DNA of 63,018 bases, counting the filler, from Stramenopiles sp. TOSAG23-3 (taxonomy: Eukaryota), in assembly GCA_900128585.1 (NCBI GenBank). It is 13 parts of 13 records of this genome, joined end to end, with 100 filler letters (N's around TTAATTAATTAA, not from the genome) between each part and the next. Parts side by side here need not be neighbours in the genome. Positions count along the whole stretch, not along the records: positions 53,435 to 58,181 come from LT643720.1; positions 58,282 to 63,018 come from LT643721.1; 11 more parts are not named here. The stretch is one strand, 5' to 3'. Both the position numbers and the translations under genes were made by a program. The notes beneath the pieces were generated by a model that was given only the letters and a program-made list of their open reading frames with translations, was not told where the DNA came from and did not search any database. Below, piece by piece: positions 55,697-63,018 of this stretch; position 1 is the stretch's first letter; each line of letters opens with the position of its first letter.

Positions 55697-57409
55697 ATGG
55701 GCTGCGTTTACTCCAATTCTAGAGATCAAACCGAGGGTTTTCTTACCCTGTTTAAGAGCCAAACGTTGGCAGAAGAAATGCTGTCGGATCCTTTAGCGAG
55801 TGAATCTTACGACAGAAAACTTCTGTACTTCAGTTTCTTGTCAAAAATAATGTTGTTTCATGGGATGGATAAAAAGTCGATGTTCGGTCTCATAGATTGC
55901 CTTGAGAAACGGGAATACCAGGCTGGGACAACCATTATCCGGGAGGGGGAGCCAGGGTTTTCTTTCTTCATTCTGTACGAAGGCACTGTCCATTACTCCA
56001 GAAATACTGAGGCATCAAACCGGGCAGTTGGCCTAGGATTAGGACAGAGCGGCGCCTGTTTTGGAGAAAAGGCCCTGTTGTCAAAAGGAAAACGATCTGC
56101 AACGGTCAACGCCTTGACAGACGTTACGACGCTGGGCTTATCCAGACCGCTATTCTTTAAAATGCTCTTTTGGCGAAGCGATATCTTCAACGAGAAGGGC
56201 ATCGTCAGCAGGGAGCGGGCTTACTCGGGAATCCAGGTGGACAAACGGCGGCGAAGGAGGCTAAGTGAAAAGAAGACAATAGCCCAAATGGAAAAAATAT
56301 CCATTTTAGGCGTAGGGGGGTTTGGTACCGTGTGGAAAATAAGGGATAAAACGACCAACGAATACTACGCGCTGAAGGTCATTCCCCAAAAAAAGTACAA
56401 GGGGCGGGAGAGGTACGTCACCTCAGAGAAAGAAACCATGGAAGAGGTTTCATCGAGCAACTTTGTTGTTCAGCTGTACTCATCGTTTTCCGACAGCGTT
56501 AACCAGTATTTTTTGATGGAGCTGTGCTATGGGGGGGACCTAAAGTCTCTTCTGCGTAAAGAGCGAGTGTTCACCGAAGACACTGCCAAATTTTACACTG
56601 CAGGAATAATCGCAGCCCTAGAGCATTTGCACGAAAAGCACATCGTATACCGCGACCTAAAGCTGGAAAATATTTTGCTCGATCGAAACGGGTACCCAAA
56701 ACTGTGCGATTTTGGTTTGGCAAAGAAATTAAGCCCCGAAAACGACGTAACGCACACATTTTGCGGAACTGTTAGTTACTTGTCCCCGGAAGCTATTACT
56801 CACCACGGCAAAGGTTACACCAAGAAAATCGACTTGTGGAGCTTGGGAATCTGTATTTACGAAATGTTATGCGGGCACTTGCCGTTCACCGGTTCGTACG
56901 CGGCAACAATAAAGAACGCAATCGTAAATGGAAAAATGGCATTTTCAAACGAATTCTCCATCGACTCAAAGCTTTTAATTCGACGATTATGTCAAAAGGC
57001 GCCAAAAAAGAGAGTGTTTCACAAAAGGTTCAAGAGTGCGTTTGATGGAATACGGCACACTTCTTGGTTTATGGGGTTCGACTTCGATGCGTTCGCAAAG
57101 CACGAGGTGGACGCACCCCACACGAACGGCCAAATTCCAACGGACTCAATGGCGCCGCAATATGGAATTGGCACAAAAATAGACTCGGGGTTCAGCTGTG
57201 AGACGGTAACGGTGGTCAACTATAGAACGGTGGATTATGTATCCTCCGTGGACAAAGAAAACGCTATTCCGAACACCACGGCGCGCAAACGAAGCAATTT
57301 ATGGAGCACTCCGCTCGACGTTGCCGACCCACAAATCGCCGGCCGATCCACAAGACGCCCATCGAACAGAATAAGACGGGGATCTTACAAGTACATATGC
57401 AATACTTAA
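55697..57409 (+). CDS. AGC kinase with a single cNMP-binding domain (PKG/PKA-like) and an N-terminal MGC acylation motif
   Basis: IIREGEPG..FGEKALL..RSATV; GVGGFG, YALK, YRDLKLEN, DFGLAK and CGTVSYLSPE. Confidence 0.92.
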   Translation: MGCVYSNSRDQTEGFLTLFKSQTLAEEMLSDPLASESYDRKLLYFSFLSKIMLFHGMDKKSMFGLIDCLEKREYQAGTTIIREGEPGFSFFILYEGTVHYSRNTEASNRAVGLGLGQSGACFGEKALLSKGKRSATVNALTDVTTLGLSRPLFFKMLFWRSDIFNEKGIVSRERAYSGIQVDKRRRRRLSEKKTIAQMEKISILGVGGFGTVWKIRDKTTNEYYALKVIPQKKYKGRERYVTSEKETMEEVSSSNFVVQLYSSFSDSVNQYFLMELCYGGDLKSLLRKERVFTEDTAKFYTAGIIAALEHLHEKHIVYRDLKLENILLDRNGYPKLCDFGLAKKLSPENDVTHTFCGTVSYLSPEAITHHGKGYTKKIDLWSLGICIYEMLCGHLPFTGSYAATIKNAIVNGKMAFSNEFSIDSKLLIRRLCQKAPKKRVFHKRFKSAFDGIRHTSWFMGFDFDAFAKHEVDAPHTNGQIPTDSMAPQYGIGTKIDSGFSCETVTVVNYRTVDYVSSVDKENAIPNTTARKRSNLWSTPLDVADPQIAGRSTRRPSNRIRRGSYKYICNT

Positions 57410-57537
57410 AACAGGAAAAAGCTGTACTTCTCGCTTTATTTAATAAATTAGTAATTAATATAAAGTGTGTGCACGATAAAAGGACGTTCCGGTAAAAGGT
57501 AAAAATCACACACACGCCACATTTATAAATTTGTTTT

Positions 57538-58124
57538 TTATCGTGCATAAATAGGTTTGTCCCCAAGCGTCTCCGTAACATCTTCATCGTTCTTCCTTGC
57601 CAGTTCGGCCATCTTGGCTTCGTCGGCCAGCTTTCGCTCCTCAGCCTTCCTTTTGGCCGCCTTGGCTGCTCGTTCGTCCCTTGCGGCGCGCTCACGTTCG
57701 ATTGCTTCCTCCTCGGCACGACGCTCCGCTTCTTCTTCCATTGCCATAAGCTGCTCTTCGGTAGGGCCTTGGTAAGGGAAAGTACAGGCAACGGTCATGT
57801 ACGCCCCAACGTCGAAATCCCGAACTACCCCTCTCCCAATTCGATTTATCATAGTGTTGAAGCATCGAATGGGCAAAGCTTTTGGGGTATAACCCAGTTT
57901 TGGAGCCATCTCAGGCTCACACCCAAGAGCACCGTACTTGTTACTACCAAATGCGTAAAGTTCATCCGTGTCTGCCATTACTACGGTGTGGTACGAGCCG
58001 CACTTGACCCTGGTCACGTTCACGTGCTGGTCCAAAAGCGTATGGACCAACGCAGGGTATTTCGCGCACGTGATGAACTCTTGGCCTAACTGGCCGCAGT
58101 GGCCAGAACCCCACGTATAAAGGT
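57538..58124 (-). CDS. RCC1-repeat protein, C-terminal fragment (5' end lost at a chimeric junction)
   Basis: LYTWGSGHCGQLG, VKCGSYHTV and LYAFGSNKYGALG; charged helical tail. Confidence 0.85.
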
Positions 58125-58181
58125 ACCCAAGAGCATTTGTACAAAATTTCAATGCTCGCATCGGTCATTATCGGGTTCTTT
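58125..58181 (+). repeat. 57-bp direct copy of 54738-54794 (PRA1 coding sequence) at the end of contig 12 (probable chimera)
   Basis: ACCCAAGAGCATTTG...TCGGGTTCTTT is identical at both sites. Confidence 0.92.
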
Positions 58182-58281
58182 NNNNNNNNNNNNNNNNNNN
58201 NNNNNNNNNNNNNNNNNNNNNNNNNTTAATTAATTAANNNNNNNNNNNNNNNNNNNNNNNNNNNNNNNNNNNNNNNNNNNN

Positions 58282-58504
58282 AAATTGGCTGTTATTTAAG
58301 TAATTAAAATTAATGTACTGCGAACTGAACTCTAAATTTAGACATTCGAGGTTTACATTCACCTTCCATAATACCTTTTAAATATCACAGTAAATTTCAT
58401 ATAGGAGGAGATAAATATTGTTCTTGAACTGACACTTTCTTTTTTCTTTAATTTTAATTACTATAAATGACAATAAAATAACAGCCAATTTTTCTTGTTT
58501 TTAA
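58282..58504. mobile_element. Second copy of the MITE-like element
   Basis: Starts AAATTGGCTGTTATTTAAGTAATTAAAATT. Its inverted partner is split into 58450-58462 and 58476-58504. Confidence 0.6.
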
Positions 58505-58604
58505 TTTCATATTTTGTTTTTCTCAAAAATCAATAAAAACCTAGGAGAGCCTTTCAAGAACTTCGTCACACGTAAAAATGCCCGGCAGCCCGGAGCATCC
58601 ATCA

Positions 58605-59630
58605 TTACGCCTGATCCCTTGGCTCCACTAACACCTCATTCACAGCTACATGGGCTGGCGCAGTGGCGGCGTAGAGGACGGAGTCGGCAACATCCTCCGG
58701 TTTTAGGACGTTCCATTTGTTGCCCCATCCTTCTCCTACGACTGCGCCAGCCTTGATTTCTAGTGCATCGAGGGCTTCTTTGTCCGTATTCTCGCGGACT
58801 GGAAATGGTAAAACATGATGTGTGTGGGTTAGTAGGAATAAAAAGAAAAACAGCGTTGCCGTCGGAATAACGGTGCAAAGCAAATACTTACCCAAATCGG
58901 TCGCGCAGTCTCCAGGCTGAATCGTTGTGACACGTAGCCCAGTGCCGATCAGTTCACGGCGCGTCGCCTCACTCAAGGCCTCGACGAAGTACTTGGAAGC
59001 GCAGTACACAGCCAACGAAGGAAAAACACGGCGCCCAGCATCAGAACTTATGGTAATGATGTGCCCTTTTCCCCTTGAGACCATGCCTGGAAGAACGGCA
59101 GCGAACCCATTCATTACACCTTTACAGTTTACGTCCACCGTTCGGTTCCACTCGTCCGTTTGGCAATTTTTCATCAGGGTAAAGTACATAACACCCGCCA
59201 CGTTCACAAGGACGTCGACGCCACTGCCAAAGGCATCCTCCGCTTTGTCGACGAGCCGTTGGATCGATGCAGCATTTGTTACGTCCGTTTTTACCGGGAG
59301 CATCCTGGAACTGTCCCCAGATTCCTTAGAAAGCTCTTCCAAACGTTCCATTCTACGAGCCCCGATGGCGACCAACGCCCCTTGCTGGTGAAAGGCACGT
59401 GCAATCGCTTTTCCAATGCCAGACGACGCTCCTGTAACGACAACTACTTTCCCTCTCATCGACTGGCGCTCACTCTTACCACCAGCCGTCTGTTGCGCTA
59501 CGGCACGCTCTACTTCTTCTCGGACTTTAGCTACCTGATTCGCATACTGTTTACGTGCCAGTAGGGCACACATGACGGCCACAAAACCACCCCCTGCGAT
59601 AGCAGCCAAAGCGTTGTTATTATTGCTCAT
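58605..59630 (-). CDS. Classical NADP-dependent short-chain dehydrogenase/reductase (YdfG-like) with an N-terminal anchor and one intron
   Basis: TGASSGIG, ARR, DVLVNVAG, YCASK and IQPG. Splicing out 58799-58891 restores CATDLVRENTD. Confidence 0.93.
   Translation of the reverse strand: MSNNNNALAAIAGGGFVAVMCALLARKQYANQVAKVREEVERAVAQQTAGGKSERQSMRGKVVVVTGASSGIGKAIARAFHQQGALVAIGARRMERLEELSKESGDSSRMLPVKTDVTNAASIQRLVDKAEDAFGSGVDVLVNVAGVMYFTLMKNCQTDEWNRTVDVNCKGVMNGFAAVLPGMVSRGKGHIITISSDAGRRVFPSLAVYCASKYFVEALSEATRRELIGTGLRVTTIQPGDCATDLGKYLLCTVIPTATLFFFLFLLTHTHHVLPFPVRENTDKEALDALEIKAGAVVGEGWGNKWNVLKPEDVADSVLYAATAPAHVAVNEVLVEPRDQA
58799..58891 (-). other. 93-nt spliceosomal intron (GTAAGT...TACTAAC...CAG), in frame and stop-free
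   Basis: Canonical donor, perfect branch point and acceptor. Translates as a 31-aa insert that is not SDR-like. Confidence 0.88.
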
Positions 59631-60116
59631 GTTGTTGTTTGATCAAACAATTTAAACTTTTACTTTACGGGATGTACTTCTTATTCTTAAAACTTGCAAT
59701 AGGTACACCGGTTTAGCAGAGAATGGAAAGAAAAATGAACGGTAGGTTGGCAAATTCTTTTGGTTAGCTTGGCACAGTCCGATGTCATAACGGTACCCCC
59801 GCCGGTATCAACAAATATTTTTTATTGGGCGGGCGGGGGGAGGAGAAGGGACGGAGAAGGAAGGGCGGACGACTGACGACGGACGGACGGACTTTTTTTC
59901 TCAAATAATAATTGAAAAAAATGAAATTGAATTTTCATGCAACATTCCCGGGGGGATGAAGGGGTGATGATTCCATATTGATGCACATGGGTTAATACGG
60001 TTTTTGTTAAAACATTGGAATATTATTTTTTTTGTCCCGCTAACACTTCCATACCTGTTGTGTTTAAAGATACAAAATTAAACCTTCACGTATCGACGAA
60101 GTGCACCAATGGCAGC

Positions 60117-61418
60117 ATGTTCAAGTTTCAGCGGTTTGGTAGCATTCGGGTGTATAGGTATTGTTTGACCACGTCGAGGTTTTCTTCTCCCAGTTCTCGC
60201 TGCCACTCGAGTACGTCTTTCGTAGTTAATGAGGTTCACGACCGTCTTCGTCTGGATAATTTCTTGAGCGACAAGTTGAACGTGCCAAAAACCGCTGTCT
60301 TTAAGTTAATTAGAAAAAAGAAGGTCAGAGTGTTCGACGATCAAAAGACGAGGATTTCTGGCATCACGAACAAGCCTGGGACTCGCCTCAGGGATGGGTT
60401 CCTAGTCCAAGTGGTCCGCCCGCCACCAAAGCTGCGCGCCATGCGTCGTCCTGACCCACCAGCCGCCGCCGCTCCCCGGGAACCCCAGGAACCTCAGCCC
60501 AAGGTCGATGCCCCAGTACTGTACGAGGACGACGACGTCCTCATTGTAAATAAACCGGCGGGCATACCCGTTCATGGTGGGTCGAAGCAGGGCAAAGGGC
60601 AAACTTTATTCTCAGCGTTGGGCGCTTCAAATAATAGCCAACGCAAGCTTTATCCTGTACACAGGCTTGACAAAGAAACTAGTGGGTGTTTGATGTTGGC
60701 AAAAACGCGGAAATCGGCGAGAACGTTGTCGGCGTACTTTTCAAATTCAGGGGAGCACCATGTGAAGAAACAGTACGCCGGGGTTGTGTCCTACCAGACG
60801 AACCCGCTTCCCGAAACGAGCGAGCTGGTGAAAGCAAACTTGTTTCAGACCTACCATGGCACAAGGCTGGATAGAGCCGGCGAAAATCCAATCTCAAAGG
60901 AGACGGAAACGATAGTGAACCCGTTGGAACCGTCGAGGCACGACGGGCTGCAGGGCGTGCTGCTGCGCCCTTTGACGGGCTACAAGCACCAGTTGCGGGC
61001 ACTAATGGCGCTGTACTACAATGCGCCAATTGTCGGGGACAAGAAGTATGCAAGGTTAGTGAAACACGAAAGTCTACGCGGGGGCGGGACTCCAGGAATC
61101 GGGCCCAGCCTTCTGCATTTACATGCTTGGAAAATCGAATTTTTCCACCCCGGGAACCAGGGCAAAGCCCTCCGCGTCGAAGCCCCACTCCCGGGTCACA
61201 TTGCCCCCTACTTTGAAGCACACAGAGGCAACGATTCAAAGTGCCCCAAATGCCACGCCGTTTTTGAGTGCAAACCCAACAACGTTGGCCTCTGCGACTG
61301 TGTAAATATAGTTCTGCCCGACAACGCGAAAGAAGAAATTCGAAATAGGTACGGGGGTGAGAACTGTTTGTGTTTCAAATGCCTGGACAATTATGCAGGT
61401 GGGTCTCCTAATGTTTAA
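60117..61418 (+). CDS. RluA/RluC-family pseudouridine synthase (S4 + catalytic domain), probably organellar, with a C-terminal Cys-rich domain
   Basis: RLDNFL (S4), NKPAGIPVHGG, VHRLDKETSG, TGYKHQLR, PIVGDKKY and LHLHA; R/S-rich leader; tail CPKC..FEC..CDC..CLCFKC. Confidence 0.9.
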   Translation: MFKFQRFGSIRVYRYCLTTSRFSSPSSRCHSSTSFVVNEVHDRLRLDNFLSDKLNVPKTAVFKLIRKKKVRVFDDQKTRISGITNKPGTRLRDGFLVQVVRPPPKLRAMRRPDPPAAAAPREPQEPQPKVDAPVLYEDDDVLIVNKPAGIPVHGGSKQGKGQTLFSALGASNNSQRKLYPVHRLDKETSGCLMLAKTRKSARTLSAYFSNSGEHHVKKQYAGVVSYQTNPLPETSELVKANLFQTYHGTRLDRAGENPISKETETIVNPLEPSRHDGLQGVLLRPLTGYKHQLRALMALYYNAPIVGDKKYARLVKHESLRGGGTPGIGPSLLHLHAWKIEFFHPGNQGKALRVEAPLPGHIAPYFEAHRGNDSKCPKCHAVFECKPNNVGLCDCVNIVLPDNAKEEIRNRYGGENCLCFKCLDNYAGGSPNV

Positions 61419-61545
61419 AAAACAAATTTATATTTTAGTCCTTATGTCAATTTTCTTGTTTTTAGTCCTTATGTTTATAACCAGGCAAAATATTATTTTG
61501 TTGTTGTTGTTTCTCGGTTCTTCTTTTAGGAATCAACACTCTTTC

Positions 61546-62733
61546 TCACGTATACTTCAGAAATTTCTTGACGAGCTCGTTTGCCGCCCTTCGAGGGGTA
61601 ACCATTCCGTCGATCAACGCCGCGTCAATGTCGCCCATCAAACTCTGAAGGTCTGGGTTCTTCTGTGCTGCACGAAGGACTTGCGCATGAAACTGGCGCA
61701 ACATCCAGTTTTGGTTCTGGCGCTTTCTTTTCTGTTCAAACTCTCCGGATTTCAACATTTTCTCTCTATACTCCTCGACGGTCCCCCAGACCTTGTCGAT
61801 TTTTTCTTGGTATAGGGCCGAACAACGCAGCACTTTGGGCTTCCAGTTTTGCGACCTTGGCCGCAGCAGCTGCAGGGCGTGCCGCACGCTCTGGCTGGCG
61901 TGCTGCGCCGCCGCGGCGAACTCCCCGTCGGCCTTGTTGATCACCACAACGTCCGCTATTTCCATGATTCCTTTCTTTACGCCTTGCAAATCGTCCCCCC
62001 CCGCAGGGGGCATCAGAAGCATGCACATGTCGGCTGCATCGTCCACTGCAACCTCGCTCTGCCCTAGCCCTACGGTTTCCACCAGCACGATGTCAAAGCC
62101 TGCCGATTCGCACAGCAGGATGACGTCGTTGGTGTGCTGTGCCAACCCCCCGAGAACCCCAGCGGTGGCCGAGGGGCGGACAAACGCGTCCAACGTTCGC
62201 GACAAATACGTCATTCTGGTTTTGTCGCCCAAGATGGAGCCGCCTGTGATGTTGCTGGACGGGTCGATGGCCACCACTGCAACCCGGTGGCCTCGGTCTA
62301 CGAGCATAAGGCCCAATGCTTCGATAAACGTGCTCTTTCCCGCACCGGGGGGGCCCGCGATGCCCAACCGAAAGGTGTTAAGCAACCGCTTGTCCTCCTT
62401 CCTTCTCGCTTGCCCCCGGCGTCGTTGAAGGACGTAGTCAATCAATACCTCGGCCTGCTTGTTGTGGTCCTCCCTCCGCGACTCCACCAACGTTATCGCA
62501 CGGCTCAGCGAACGTCTATCCCGGGCCAGTATCCCATCGGCCAACTTCTTTGTTTTCTCCGTCATACCACTGATATCGACCTCGCTAAGATTGTCCCCCA
62601 CACTACCGAACAGCGCACGCCCGCGGTGAGGGTTGGACACACAACTCCTTACTCCCAGGCCCCGCCACCGAGCAACGCGTATCCCGCCCCTCCCGCCCAC
62701 ACGCACAACCGAAAAAGCCGCTCGTCGAATCAT
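61546..62733 (-). CDS. MMAA: Methylmalonyl-CoA mutase-associated GTPase (MMAA/MeaB), mitochondrial
   Basis: LSRAITLVES, GPPGAGKST, DPSS..GGSILGDKTRM, ETVGLGQSE, LQGVKKGIME and NKAD; Arg-rich presequence. Confidence 0.96.
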   Translation of the reverse strand: MIRRAAFSVVRVGGRGGIRVARWRGLGVRSCVSNPHRGRALFGSVGDNLSEVDISGMTEKTKKLADGILARDRRSLSRAITLVESRREDHNKQAEVLIDYVLQRRRGQARRKEDKRLLNTFRLGIAGPPGAGKSTFIEALGLMLVDRGHRVAVVAIDPSSNITGGSILGDKTRMTYLSRTLDAFVRPSATAGVLGGLAQHTNDVILLCESAGFDIVLVETVGLGQSEVAVDDAADMCMLLMPPAGGDDLQGVKKGIMEIADVVVINKADGEFAAAAQHASQSVRHALQLLRPRSQNWKPKVLRCSALYQEKIDKVWGTVEEYREKMLKSGEFEQKRKRQNQNWMLRQFHAQVLRAAQKNPDLQSLMGDIDAALIDGMVTPRRAANELVKKFLKYT

Positions 62734-63018
62734 CCTAATAGTAATACTGCCTCACACACACAGAGAAAGGCAAAACCAACTGCACCAAATTTGTCCACAA
62801 TTTAAAGTGAAATAAAAACTCCCCACAAACAGTTCTCACAATCGATGATATATACTCACTCTTCTTATAATAAATATCGAAGAAGAAGAGTAAAAGAAGA
62901 AGTAAAAAAAAAAAAAAAAGAAGAAAAAGAAGAAAAAAAAAAATTCTTTTTTTTTTTCTTCTTTTTTTTTTAATTAATTAATTCTTTTTATTATTGTAAT
63001 TTATATGCTGTGTAATGT

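Noticed and set aside
58125-58181. Apparent PRA1-RCC1 shared segment or circular contig
   Set aside because: A k-mer-sized exact copy at the contig end that cuts a gene mid-domain; best explained as a chimeric join

Overview
This window is not one locus. It is 13 unrelated contigs of about 4.74-4.77 kb, sorted by decreasing length and joined by artificial 100-nt linkers (N44-TTAATTAATTAA-N44). The DNA is eukaryotic, gene-dense and almost intron-free, with GC-rich exons and very AT-rich spacers. IFT46 indicates a flagellated cell. The cytosolic HSP70 looks stramenopile-like, so an uncultured MAST-type protist is plausible (inference). Contig-end inverted and direct copies look like whole-genome-amplification chimeras. 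Genes: ssSPT, a pseudo-DSP, ankyrin+Dpy-30, coiled-coil, Tudor/ANK/IQ/FHA, TPR, SZT2-like, tandem-PH, a three-part sterol-enzyme fusion, two cNMP-regulated kinases, SVOP-like MFS, pepsin-like protease, an LRAT/PPPDE-like orphan, BBOX-like and AlkB-like dioxygenases, HSP70, IFT46, B-box/LRR, a secreted collagen-like protein, a BK-type K+ channel, PRA1, RCC1-repeat, SDR, RluA/C and MMAA. Best leads: (1) a 3beta-HSD + EXPERA + bacterial-type membrane-domain fusion; (2) an AT-rich inverted-repeat element found repeatedly just downstream of gene 3' ends; (3) a modular protist collagen; (4) a contig whose genes lack clean internal blocks. All family assignments come from motif recognition, not database searches.
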